Shown one piece after another: positions 1-8,744 of a stretch of 32,000 nt of DNA. Each line of letters opens with the position of its first letter. Positions within the stretch are counted from its first letter, which is position 1. The DNA lies in contig NC_007335.2 in the NCBI RefSeq assembly GCF_000012465.1, forward strand, positions 810,001-842,000, given 5' to 3'. The stretch is from Prochlorococcus marinus str. NATL2A. GTDB taxonomy: Bacteria; Cyanobacteriota; Cyanobacteriia; PCC-6307; Cyanobiaceae. Under the pieces are notes generated by a model, which was not told the origin of the DNA, did no database searches, and was given only the letters and a program-made list of their open reading frames with translations. Position numbers and translations under genes: made by a program.

Positions 1-1200
1 ACTGCTTATTTAAAAGCACATTATCCTGTCGCTTATATGGCGGCATTGCTTACCGTTAATGCTGGATCGGCTGACAAGATTCAAAGATATATTTCTAACT
101 GTAATTCAATGGGCATAAACGTAATGCCTCCAAATATCAATACCTCTGGTGTTGATTTCACTCCAAAAGATAATTCAATTCTTTTTGGTTTTTCGGCTGT
201 CAAAAATTTAGGTGATGGTGCAATTAGAAAAATTATCACCTCTAGAGATGAAGATGGCCAATTTACTTCTTTAGCACAATTCTGTGATCGAATTTCACTT
301 GGTTCCGTTAACCGAAGAGGACTTGAGGCGTTGATACATAGTGGAGCGCTTGATTGTCTTGAAAAAAATGCAAATCGCGCTCAGCTTATTGCTGATTTGG
401 ATTTAACTATTGAATGGGCTTCTTCTAGAGCAAAAGATAGAACGAGCGGTCAAGGTAATCTCTTCGATTTATCTAATTCCACAAATAATGAATCATCACC
501 GACTGATGATTATTCATCAGCTCCAAAGGCGAAAGAAGTCCAAGAGTATCTTCCTTCAGACAAACTTAAATTAGAAAAAGAGCATGTTGGATTCTATCTA
601 TCTGATCATCCTTTGAAGCAACTTTCAGAACCAGCAAAATTGATTGCTCCTATTAGCCTTAGTTCTTTAGAAGATCAAAAAGATAAGTCAAAGGTTAGTG
701 TTATTGCAATGATTCCAGAAATGAGAGAAGTCACAACTAGAAAAGGTGACAGGATGGCAATTATTCAACTAGAGGATTTAACTGGTTCTTGTGAAGCTGT
801 TGTTTTCCCAAAAAGCTATGAACGATTATCAGATCATTTGATGGTTGAAACGAGGTTATTGATATGGGGCAGCGTAGACAGGAGAGATGAAACTGTTCAA
901 TTGCTTATTGATGATTGTCGTGAAATTGATGACTTAAGATTTCTCTTGATTGATCTTCGTCCTGATCAAGCTACAGATATCAATATTCAGCATAAATTAA
1001 GAGAATGCCTTTCTAAAAACAGACCTAACAGAAATGAATTAGGTGTACGTATCCCAGTAGTAGCATGTCTAAAGGACAACACTAATACTAGGTATGTAAG
1101 GTTGGGCGATCAATTTTGCGTTAAGGATGCTGACCTGGCTTTGGAGGCACTATCTAAGGATTCATTTATTGCAAGATCAAGTAAAAGCCTTGTAATTTAA
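1..1200 (+). CDS. dnaE: DNA polymerase III alpha subunit, C-terminal part (5' end lies outside the window)
   Basis: Frame 1 is open from nt 1 (TAYLKAHYPVAYMAALLTVN...), so the listed ORF at 37 is an internal Met. The text is typical DnaE C-terminal/OB-fold region (GVDFTP, FGFSAVKNLG, LSDHPL, TTRKGDRMAIIQLEDLTGSCEAVVFPKSYE). Stop at 1198-1200. Confidence 0.9.
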   Translation, partial: TAYLKAHYPVAYMAALLTVNAGSADKIQRYISNCNSMGINVMPPNINTSGVDFTPKDNSILFGFSAVKNLGDGAIRKIITSRDEDGQFTSLAQFCDRISLGSVNRRGLEALIHSGALDCLEKNANRAQLIADLDLTIEWASSRAKDRTSGQGNLFDLSNSTNNESSPTDDYSSAPKAKEVQEYLPSDKLKLEKEHVGFYLSDHPLKQLSEPAKLIAPISLSSLEDQKDKSKVSVIAMIPEMREVTTRKGDRMAIIQLEDLTGSCEAVVFPKSYERLSDHLMVETRLLIWGSVDRRDETVQLLIDDCREIDDLRFLLIDLRPDQATDINIQHKLRECLSKNRPNRNELGVRIPVVACLKDNTNTRYVRLGDQFCVKDADLALEALSKDSFIARSSKSLVI

Positions 1201-1208
1201 ACTTATTT

Positions 1209-1649
1209 TCAACTTGAAATATCTTTTTGACTTGTTTTGAATGCATCTTTCATCCTATTGATGTTTGGCTTTATGTTTTCAAAACCAAGAAAACTTCCAG
1301 TATTTAAATCCCAACTAGCTGAGAGTATTCCATAACTTAATCCTAATAAACCTATAAGGAAACAAAGCGCTGAACTTACAAGAGTGACTGTTGGAGATAT
1401 TTCAGCAATACCTTTGCTTATTAAAAAATAACTTCCAATAAATACTCCCATGCCACTTAGGGTTGGAATGCCTGTCGTAAAAGCTATTCTTCTTGCCATT
1501 CTATTTGCAACATAGCTTGGTATTCCTGATTTCTTGCTACTACTTTTTGAAGATTTCTTTGAAACTATTTTTGGAGTCGAGTTATTGCTGGATAATCCTA
1601 TTTTTACTTCTTTAGGTTGGTCCTTTTTGTTTTTCTTTGAACCTTTCAT
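1209..1649 (-). CDS. PAM68-like (DUF3464-type) thylakoid membrane protein, putative PSII assembly factor
   Basis: The 146-aa product has a Lys/Ser-rich N-terminus, then the segment VANRMARRIAFTTGIPTLSGMGVF and two predicted TM helices. This matches the cyanobacterial PAM68/Sll0933 layout as I remember it. ATG at 1649. Confidence 0.55.
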   Translation of the reverse strand: MKGSKKNKKDQPKEVKIGLSSNNSTPKIVSKKSSKSSSKKSGIPSYVANRMARRIAFTTGIPTLSGMGVFIGSYFLISKGIAEISPTVTLVSSALCFLIGLLGLSYGILSASWDLNTGSFLGFENIKPNINRMKDAFKTSQKDISS

Positions 1650-1676
1650 TAGCTTCTAGCAATCTAGTACCAGCCA

Positions 1677-1946
1677 TTATCCTCTAATAGCTAATTTTTC
1701 AATGAGCTCTGTATATCTTTTTTCACTTTTAGAACGTACATAACCTAAAAGTCTTTTTCTCTGCCCAATCATTTTGAGCAATCCTTGTCTTGAGGAGAAA
1801 TCATGGATATTGCCTTGAAGATGTGTGCTTAATTTTGAGATCCTTGTGGTAAGCATCGCAACTTGAACTTCTGCTGAGCCAGTATCAGTTGGATGTACTT
1901 GATGTGTGTTGATTAGATTTTGTTTCTCTTCTGTGCCAAGTGACAT
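1677..1946 (-). CDS. rpsO: 30S ribosomal protein S15
   Basis: 89 aa with the S15 signature text [23 protein letters not shown]...[22 protein letters not shown]. Confidence 0.95.
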   Translation of the reverse strand: MSLGTEEKQNLINTHQVHPTDTGSAEVQVAMLTTRISKLSTHLQGNIHDFSSRQGLLKMIGQRKRLLGYVRSKSEKRYTELIEKLAIRG

Positions 1947-1996
1947 TTGTTTAGCTTTTCTTATTGAGGAATTCTAATTTAATCCCTAGCCTTCTA

Positions 1997-2671
1997 TCAA
2001 GTACTCTTTTCACTTAATTTCATAAGAATCTCTTTGAGATGTTTATCCATTAGATCTGCTTTTTCTTCTGCAGATGATGAATTCAATAACAAAGAATTTT
2101 CTTTTTCATTGATTGTGATTATTTTAATTGATTCTTTTATTTCATTATCTACATAGCCAAGTGAATTTAGAATTAAATATATTTCATCAATATATTTGGA
2201 GAATTGATTAGCCTCTATGTCATTTTTGTTTTCATGAATTGTTTTATCATTATCTGTAAATCTTTGAAGTTTATTTCTTAGCTCAACTATTAATCTCTCT
2301 GCTATTCTTTTACCTATGCCTTGGGTTTTTGTTAATAAATTAGATTCTTTATTTTCTATTGCATTAACTAATTGAGGAACTTCAAATTCCTCTAACATAG
2401 CCATACCTATTTGGGGGCCTATTCCATTTACACTGATTATTTCTCGAAATAGATCTCTTTGATTAACCTCTATAAAACCATATAAACTTGTGCCATCTTC
2501 ACGATCTATTTGATGAATCCATAATTCAAACTCATTTAAAACTTCAGCTTTATCTATTTGTTTTGGTAATAGTTGTATTTCATAGCCAACACCACCAACA
2601 TTTAGAACGACTCCTTTTCTTGAGGATATTTTCCAAGTATGAACTTTTTCGCCTTTTAACCAGCTAATCAT
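1997..2671 (-). CDS. ruvA: Holliday junction branch-migration complex subunit RuvA
   Basis: 224 aa. N-terminus MISWLKGEK...GGVGYEIQ, an HhH region (VNGIGPQIGMAML, TQGIGKRIAERLIVEL) and an acidic/flexible C-terminal domain. Confidence 0.9.
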   Translation of the reverse strand: MISWLKGEKVHTWKISSRKGVVLNVGGVGYEIQLLPKQIDKAEVLNEFELWIHQIDREDGTSLYGFIEVNQRDLFREIISVNGIGPQIGMAMLEEFEVPQLVNAIENKESNLLTKTQGIGKRIAERLIVELRNKLQRFTDNDKTIHENKNDIEANQFSKYIDEIYLILNSLGYVDNEIKESIKIITINEKENSLLLNSSSAEEKADLMDKHLKEILMKLSEKST

Positions 2672-2710
2672 TATTTATTTTGATTAAATTTCTGAAAATA
2701 TAAAATATTC

Positions 2711-3097
2711 TCAACCACCATCAATCTGACATCCAACCATTGACCCTCCTACCAAACCAGCAGGAATTGCCCACCAACGATCTTTTCCTCTGGATATTGC
2801 TGTAGCGAAGCCAGCGCCTAAAATTCCTCCTGCAATTTTGCCTTCAGAGCAATCATTGTTATCAAATTCATTGTTATCGAATGTTGATCCAGCACCTGGG
2901 CAAGGAACTTCAACTGTTTCCTCCCATTTTTTGACATATCCAGGATCTTTTCTTGTCCCCGGAATATATTCTTCTCTATATTCGTTTCTCGTGCAAGTTT
3001 TACTAGAAGAGTAGCCTCGCTGATATTCATCTGCAAGAATCGATGTTGATCCACTGCAAATAAAAACTATTGAAAAAATTAAAGATTTACAATTCAT
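2711..3097 (-). CDS. Secreted or outer-membrane-associated glycine-zipper protein (17-kDa-antigen/SlyB-like C-terminus)
   Basis: N-terminal signal-like peptide MNCKSLIFSIVFICSGSTSILA. C-terminus GGILGAGFATAISRGKDRWWAIPAGLVGGSMVGCQIDGG is a glycine-zipper 2TM-type pattern. The start ATG overlaps the stop of the upstream EamA gene (ATGA at 3094-3097). Confidence 0.6.
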   Translation of the reverse strand: MNCKSLIFSIVFICSGSTSILADEYQRGYSSSKTCTRNEYREEYIPGTRKDPGYVKKWEETVEVPCPGAGSTFDNNEFDNNDCSEGKIAGGILGAGFATAISRGKDRWWAIPAGLVGGSMVGCQIDGG

Positions 3098-4002
3098 ATT
3101 TTTGATTGTGTTCTCTTGGATGCACTCATACTAATAATAGTAGAAATAAGAACGCAAAATCCACCTAAGTATATTGAACTTGTTATTTTTTCTTGAAATA
3201 TCAATACTCCCCATATACTTGCAAATATAACTTGTGAATAATTTAGTGAAGTTGCTTGGCCAGCTGGTAGTAGTCTTAACCCCTCTGTTATACAGAGTTG
3301 TCCAATCTGTGTAAAAATACCAATACCTATTATCCAGAACCAATCTGTACCAGAAGGTAATACAAAATCATTAATAATAAAAGGAATAGATAAGGGGATA
3401 GAGACCAAAGGGAAGTAGTAAATAATTACAAGAGGGTGTTCTTTGGAAGAAAGCTTCCTTACACATATATATGCCAATGATGTCATCAGTGCACCAAATA
3501 TTGCAATGATTATTGCTAATATTGTCTCTTGAATATTACTGTTGCCGGTGAATTCAGGCTGACTAACTAAAACAATTCCTATCCAACCAATAATGATTGA
3601 ATATACTATTCTACTTAATATAAATTCCTTTAAAATTATGTAAGCACATATCACTGTAAAAGTTGGATAAATGTATTGTATTACTGTTGCTGTTGCAATA
3701 GGTAATATTGTAAGAGCTTTGAAAATACAAAATAGTGCAACTGTTCCTAGTAAACCCCTTATAATTAATAATCTTTTCTGATATCCCCAAGGGTTAATGT
3801 TATTTTTATATAAGTAAAATCTTGTTATTATTATACTTATTGTAGCTCGTGCAAATACAAGTTCTGAAATAGGGATCCTTCCCCCAATCGCCTTCACACA
3901 AACAGTCATAAGGCTAAATGCAAAACCGCTTCCTATTAAAAATCTGATCCCTTTAAAATTTTTTTCTATATTTAATTTATTGGTAAGTAGTTTTTCTCTC
4001 AA
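3094..4002 (-). CDS. DMT superfamily (EamA-like) permease
   Basis: 302 aa with about 10 hydrophobic helices in two EamA-like halves (RGLLGTVALFCIFKAL...; GIGIFTQIGQLCITEGLRLLPAG). The longest ORF starts with TTG at 4002. The first in-frame ATG (MTVCVK...) would remove TM1, so the start codon is uncertain. Confidence 0.8.
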   Translation of the reverse strand: MREKLLTNKLNIEKNFKGIRFLIGSGFAFSLMTVCVKAIGGRIPISELVFARATISIIITRFYLYKNNINPWGYQKRLLIIRGLLGTVALFCIFKALTILPIATATVIQYIYPTFTVICAYIILKEFILSRIVYSIIIGWIGIVLVSQPEFTGNSNIQETILAIIIAIFGALMTSLAYICVRKLSSKEHPLVIIYYFPLVSIPLSIPFIINDFVLPSGTDWFWIIGIGIFTQIGQLCITEGLRLLPAGQATSLNYSQVIFASIWGVLIFQEKITSSIYLGGFCVLISTIISMSASKRTQSKI

Positions 4003-4050
4003 TTCCTAAATCTCTTAACTAAATATTTAAATATCAATTAAAATTATCAT

Positions 4051-6078
4051 ATGGCTTCTGCTCGACTACATCCTAAGACAATTGAGTCTGTAAAAGAGCG
4101 CGTAGATATTGTTGATGTTGTTGGTGAACACGTCGTTTTAAAGAAAAAAGGTAAAGAATATGTTGGAATATGTCCTTTTCATGATGATAGTAAACCTTCA
4201 ATGTCAGTAATTCCTGGCAAGCAATTTTATTATTGTTTTTCATGTGGAGCTGGTGGAAATGCAATTAAATTCTTAATGGAGTTTCAGAGACAAAGTTTTA
4301 GTGATGTTGTTCTTGAGTTGGCTAAGAAATATCAAGTACCAATTGATACGATTGAAGGACCTCAACAAGAAAGACTCAAGCAACAGCTTTCACGTAGAGA
4401 TACCCTTTATCGTGTTTTAAAAACCGCTACTGGTTGGTTTAGAAATCAATTGAATTCTCCATGTGGAGAAAATGCACTTAATTACCTTAAGAATAAGCGT
4501 AATTTAAGTGATGGAACTTTAATCAATTTTGAACTTGGTTTTGCTCCAGATAATTGGGATTCACTGCTTAAATATTTTGTAGACATTGAAAAAGTCAGTG
4601 TTGAAATCCTTGAATCGGCGGGATTGATTGTTCCTCGAAAGGGTGGTAATGGTTTCTATGACAGATTTCGCAATCGAATAATTGTTCCTATTCACGACAG
4701 GCAAAAAAGAGTTATTGGTTTCGGCGGACGAAGTCTTGATGGTTCAGAACCTAAGTATTTAAATTCACCTGAGACTGAAATCTTTGAAAAAGGAAAAAAT
4801 CTTTTTGGTTTTGATAAATCCACACTTTCCATTAGGAAAAAAGATTATGCAGTTGTTGTAGAGGGATATTTTGATGTGATGGCACTTCATGATTCGGGTA
4901 TTACAAATGTTGTCGCTTCTTTAGGAACAGCATTAAGTCGCAATCAAATAACGCTTCTTTCTCGTGCCACCGATAGTAAAAAGATCCTCTTAAATTTTGA
5001 CTCAGATAATGCTGGAATTCGTGCGGCTAATAGAGCCATTAGTGAAGTAGAAAACCTTGCTATTCAAGGTCAACTAGATTTACGAGTCCTTCAATTACCT
5101 TCAGGTAAAGATCCAGATGAATTTCTTAAGGATAATTCTCCATCCGAATATGAAGCATTAGCGGCAAAATCACCTCTTTGGATGGATTGGCAAATTGATC
5201 AATCATTGAAGGATTTAGATTTAAGTAAATCTGATCAATTTCAGGAAGCCGTTAGCAGCTTAGTAAGTCTCCTTGGAAAGCTTCCTCAAACTGCAATTAG
5301 AACTCATTATCTACAGAAGGTTGCTCAGCGTCTTAGTGGAGGTCAAGGTAGATTCTCTCTACAACTAGAGGAGGATTTACGTAATCAAATAAGTGGTCAA
5401 AGATGGCACGGTCGATCGAAAAAAATTGATAAGCCTCAAGAAATTAGTCTCAGAGAAAGAAGTGAGGCAGATATACTTTTTACTTATATTCACTGTCCTA
5501 ATTATAGATCTTTTATTCGTTATGAACTTCGATTAAGGGATCTTGATGATTTCGCGATTAATCATCATCGTGCAATATGGTCTACAATAAGTAACATTGA
5601 GGAAAATATGTTTGGTCCTGAAATTGTTGAGAAGATTAATCGTTTTAATGATTCTAATAATATTTTAGCTGATGTTGATTTAATTAAAAAGTTGTTAGAT
5701 AATTTCCTATCCAGTGATAATGAGCATCTTCCTAAACTTACTCCTTTACTAGATGTTAATGAACTTCGTTTGGCAACATTAAATGACCCCGAGTCGCTCA
5801 TCCGTGGAGCTTTGGCTGCTCTTGAAAAGCAAAAATCCTTAAAACGTTGTAGACATTTAATTGATGCATGGAGTTCGCAGAGATTGCAAACCCTTGAGAA
5901 TTGTATAGCCTCTCTTATTGTTCAGGAAAAATCTGAGCCTAGCGATTCATCTGATATGGAACAGAGAGTTATTAGCATGTTTGAAGACTTAAATAATGAT
6001 GCTATAAATTTTCAACAACTTTATTACGCGGAAAGAAAACACATACTAAATCTAGATCAACAGAGATGTTATAAATAA
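4051..6078 (+). CDS. dnaG: DNA primase
   Basis: 675 aa. Zinc-ribbon motif CPFHDDSKPSMSV...YYCFSCGAGGNAIKFLME, a TOPRIM region (VVVEGYFDVMALHDSG, NFDSDNAGIRAA) and a long C-terminal helical domain. Confidence 0.95.
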   Translation: MASARLHPKTIESVKERVDIVDVVGEHVVLKKKGKEYVGICPFHDDSKPSMSVIPGKQFYYCFSCGAGGNAIKFLMEFQRQSFSDVVLELAKKYQVPIDTIEGPQQERLKQQLSRRDTLYRVLKTATGWFRNQLNSPCGENALNYLKNKRNLSDGTLINFELGFAPDNWDSLLKYFVDIEKVSVEILESAGLIVPRKGGNGFYDRFRNRIIVPIHDRQKRVIGFGGRSLDGSEPKYLNSPETEIFEKGKNLFGFDKSTLSIRKKDYAVVVEGYFDVMALHDSGITNVVASLGTALSRNQITLLSRATDSKKILLNFDSDNAGIRAANRAISEVENLAIQGQLDLRVLQLPSGKDPDEFLKDNSPSEYEALAAKSPLWMDWQIDQSLKDLDLSKSDQFQEAVSSLVSLLGKLPQTAIRTHYLQKVAQRLSGGQGRFSLQLEEDLRNQISGQRWHGRSKKIDKPQEISLRERSEADILFTYIHCPNYRSFIRYELRLRDLDDFAINHHRAIWSTISNIEENMFGPEIVEKINRFNDSNNILADVDLIKKLLDNFLSSDNEHLPKLTPLLDVNELRLATLNDPESLIRGALAALEKQKSLKRCRHLIDAWSSQRLQTLENCIASLIVQEKSEPSDSSDMEQRVISMFEDLNNDAINFQQLYYAERKHILNLDQQRCYK

Positions 6079-6097
6079 TTTTATATAGTTTTTATCA

Positions 6098-6397
6098 ATG
6101 AAAAATATCTCACCTTTTAATTTGGATCAATGTTCTTTATCTAATGATCTATGGCCAGATTTTATCAATAAAATTGGTCTTATTAAGGCAAATTTAGCTG
6201 TACGACAATCTCTCGATCTTCAGAGAATGCAGGGATCGACTTCCACTCTACCGGTCCTTATTCTTGAAACATGTGGTACTGCTCTGGTGAATTCCGATGC
6301 CGTTAAGACTTATATTGGTCTTTCATATTTGGAGCAAGGAATGGTTTTAATCTTTAGTAGTAAATTAAACTCTATTCAGTTACTTAGAGACAATTAA
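6098..6397 (+). CDS. Hypothetical protein (99 aa), probably co-transcribed with dnaG
   Basis: ATG lies 19 nt after the dnaG stop, and the ORF ends inside a 14-bp hairpin. I recognise no motif. Coding status rests only on ORF length and position. Confidence 0.45.
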   Translation: MKNISPFNLDQCSLSNDLWPDFINKIGLIKANLAVRQSLDLQRMQGSTSTLPVLILETCGTALVNSDAVKTYIGLSYLEQGMVLIFSSKLNSIQLLRDN

Positions 6398-6398
6398 T

Positions 6399-6432
6399 AT
6401 TACTAAAATATTATAGACAATATTTTAGTAAT
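6399..6432. terminator. Perfect 14-bp inverted repeat (6-nt loop) at the convergent gene junction; candidate terminator for the dnaG-orf99 transcript
   Basis: ATTACTAAAATATT (6399-6412) and AATATTTTAGTAAT (6419-6432) pair perfectly around the loop ATAGAC. A T6 run (6436-6441) follows on the + strand. The stem is almost all A/T with a single G:C pair, so it is thermodynamically weak. It spans the stop codons of both convergent ORFs. Confidence 0.45.
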
Positions 6433-6917
6433 TCATTTTTTACTAATCTTGGTTTATCTTCTAATATATATGCTTGTCTTTCTTTTTCTTCCTCTCTGGA
6501 AATTCTAATAGATCCATTAAAAGCATTGATCTTGGATGGATTCATTGATAGCTTTCTGTCTATTTTTAATAACTTTCCATTATTGCACTCTTGTGCGACA
6601 TGAACAGCTTCATGCCTTAAAGCTTTTTTTATATGTAAGGCTGTCCTTTCAAAGACATCCTTATTTTTCTTTCTTAGATGCGTATATCCTTCTCGATTCT
6701 TTGCGTTATTTGTACAAATAATAATTTCCTTTTTTACACGATTAAAAAAACCCACATAGTTCTCACCTAACAAACATAATTTTGTATTTTCTGCTGTCTT
6801 ATATCCCGCCTTTTCAATCATCCTTATTATTTCTACTTCTGTTCTATCTATAAATTCTATGAACTCCACTATATTTTTTTTTCTAGGACTTCTATTCTTT
6901 TCAATGTAGCATGACAC
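6411..6917 (-). CDS. Uncharacterised HExxH (zincin-like) putative metallopeptidase, 168 aa
   Basis: HEAVH at residues 102-106 (nt 6614-6600, CAT GAA GCT GTT CAT on the - strand), extended as HEAVHVAQEC. A hydrophobic strand-like segment, VGFFNRVKKEIIICTNN, lies upstream of the motif. The ORF is on the same strand as umuC and 50 nt downstream of it. The longest ORF starts at GTG 6917. The first in-frame ATG is residue 33 (nt 6821), so the start is uncertain. Confidence 0.6.
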   Translation of the reverse strand: MSCYIEKNRSPRKKNIVEFIEFIDRTEVEIIRMIEKAGYKTAENTKLCLLGENYVGFFNRVKKEIIICTNNAKNREGYTHLRKKNKDVFERTALHIKKALRHEAVHVAQECNNGKLLKIDRKLSMNPSKINAFNGSIRISREEEKERQAYILEDKPRLVKNELLKYCL

Positions 6918-6967
6918 TCAGTTTGAATTTTAATATGTAGCATCATTGTTAAATATTATACTAACTT

Positions 6968-8245
6968 CTAATTAGCATATATAGTCGGAATATTTTCTAT
7001 ATTTGTTGTTTTTATACTAGATAGATTTTTTCTTCGGGGGCTCCATTCTGTATCCATCATTGATGATCCCCAATTTATTGTATCTATACCATTTTTCGAA
7101 TTAATATTATCTATTACATTATCTAGTCTCTGTAGATATAATTCTTCTTTAATATTCTGTGCATCAAATATTAGGTTTTGTTTGTATTGATTGCTTTGAA
7201 GTTTATGTAATATTACACCTGCTTTTATAAAATTTTTATATGGTTTAAAAATTTCTTTTGTTAGTGATAGGCTTTTTTCAATCATGATCTTTGAGTTAGA
7301 AGTTGGAACGCTTATTTTTTCTGTTGCTTCACTCCTAAAGAAATCTTTTGAATGAGTATTTGTATTCGTAAAAACCGTAATAGCTGAAGATAATTGATTG
7401 TATTTTCGCAACTTAGCACTTGCGATTAAAACGTATTTAATAATTGCTTGGCTCAAATCATCTAAGCTATCTATGGGATGTGCAAAACTCCTGCTTACGC
7501 AGATTTCTTTTCGATCTGATGAGTTCTCTTTTATAGGGATACAGAGGTTTCCTTTTAATTCATTTTGAATGCGTAGACCAACTACACCATACTTTCCTTT
7601 GATTTGGTCGCTTGACATATCTCTAAGTTCTCTCGCATTAGTGATGCCTCTGTCTTTTAGCCATTTAGACATCCTTTTGCCGATACCCCAAACTTTATCT
7701 ACATTAATTAGATCAAGATAATGATCTTTATTTTCAACACGACCTATATCAAATATACCTGAATTCGTTTGTATCTTTTTTGCTAGATGATTAGAAATTT
7801 TTGATAGAACTTTTGTCTCACCAATACCAATAGATATTGGTATTCCTATGTTTTGATAAACCAAAGCCCTTAAATCTTTTCCCCATTTGTATAAGCACTT
7901 TTCTTTTGGACGTTTTATAGTTCCAAACGCTTCATCTATAGAGTAAATTTCCAGTTCTTCGCAATTTTTTCTTAGTAGTTGCATTAATCGATTACTTATA
8001 TCACCGTACAGTTCGTAATTTGAACTTCTCACATTTATATTTAATTGATTTAGTTTATTCTTTAACTTGAAATAAGGCTGTCCCATAGGAATTCCCATTC
8101 TTCTGGCCTCTGAACTGCGAGCTATTATGCATCCATCATTATTCGAAAGTACTACTAATCCCTTTCCTTTTATGGAAGGATCGATCATTTGTTCACACGA
8201 AGCATAGAAATTATTCCCATCAATTTGAAGTATTACTTTGGACAT
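6968..8245 (-). CDS. umuC: Y-family translesion DNA polymerase V catalytic subunit UmuC
   Basis: 425 aa. N-terminus ILQIDGNNFYASCEQMIDPSIKGKGLVVLSNNDGCIIARSSEARRMGIPMGQPYF, then YSIDEAF and VWGIGKRMSKWL (HhH). This is classic UmuC/DinB-family text. Confidence 0.9.
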   Translation of the reverse strand: MSKVILQIDGNNFYASCEQMIDPSIKGKGLVVLSNNDGCIIARSSEARRMGIPMGQPYFKLKNKLNQLNINVRSSNYELYGDISNRLMQLLRKNCEELEIYSIDEAFGTIKRPKEKCLYKWGKDLRALVYQNIGIPISIGIGETKVLSKISNHLAKKIQTNSGIFDIGRVENKDHYLDLINVDKVWGIGKRMSKWLKDRGITNARELRDMSSDQIKGKYGVVGLRIQNELKGNLCIPIKENSSDRKEICVSRSFAHPIDSLDDLSQAIIKYVLIASAKLRKYNQLSSAITVFTNTNTHSKDFFRSEATEKISVPTSNSKIMIEKSLSLTKEIFKPYKNFIKAGVILHKLQSNQYKQNLIFDAQNIKEELYLQRLDNVIDNINSKNGIDTINWGSSMMDTEWSPRRKNLSSIKTTNIENIPTIYAN

Positions 8246-8247
8246 AA

Positions 8248-8682
8248 TTAGACTTTTGATTGTTGTAGTTCATGTATCGAATAAATCGCTACTCCCCATA
8301 TTTGTATATCTATATATTCATATAAGTTTATTGCTGGATAATTTTCTTTATCTGCTTTCAGATAATAACTATCTTGCTTTTTGATAAGTCTTTTTAATGT
8401 GAATTCTCCATCCAAGAGAGCAACTACAATATGTCCAGGATTTGGGTTTATACTGCGATCTATGATTAATAAATCGTTGTTATAAATTCCTGCGTTATTC
8501 ATTGAATTACCGCTTACACGTAGAAAGAAGGTGCTTATTGGATTCTTGATTAAGTATTTGTTTAGATCGATACCGAGCTCTATGTAGTCTTCCGCAGGAG
8601 AAGGAAAGCCTGCAGAGATAGTTGGAATTAATAGTGACGACAAGCCTTCTGTTGATGAAGAGCGAGAGCGATTTGAACCCAT
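8248..8682 (-). CDS. umuD: UmuD, LexA-like S24 self-cleaving peptidase subunit of Pol V
   Basis: 144 aa. Candidate Ala-Gly cleavage site (PTISAGFPSPAEDY), catalytic Ser context VSGNSM, and Lys context FTLKRL. The stop lies 2 nt before the umuC ATG. Confidence 0.9.
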   Translation of the reverse strand: MGSNRSRSSSTEGLSSLLIPTISAGFPSPAEDYIELGIDLNKYLIKNPISTFFLRVSGNSMNNAGIYNNDLLIIDRSINPNPGHIVVALLDGEFTLKRLIKKQDSYYLKADKENYPAINLYEYIDIQIWGVAIYSIHELQQSKV

Positions 8683-8703
8683 AGGAGCAGATCAATACTA
8701 TGC

Positions 8704-8722
8704 ATTATAGTACACTTGAACT
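8704..8722 (-). promoter_or_regulatory. Candidate SOS (LexA) box overlapping a TATAAT -10 element for umuDC
   Basis: AGTACACTTGAACT (8709-8722) has one mismatch to the cyanobacterial LexA-box forms I recall (RGTACNNNDGTWCB and AGTACWNWTGTACT). On the - strand it abuts and overlaps TATAAT (8709-8704), which lies 22 nt upstream of the umuD ATG (8682). Confidence 0.5.
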
Positions 8723-8744
8723 ATTACTCCGCCTTCGGATCTGC

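Noticed and set aside
1-1200. Possible split-intein junction in dnaE, as in some cyanobacteria
   Set aside because: The visible C-terminal region is contiguous DnaE text. It has no intein-like block or internal start, and the N-terminal part is outside the window, so nothing can be concluded.
8723-8744. Small GC-rich hairpin (TCCG-CCTT-CGGA) right after the rlmH stop
   Set aside because: The stem is only 4 bp and there is no U-run on the - strand transcript. That is insufficient to annotate as a terminator.
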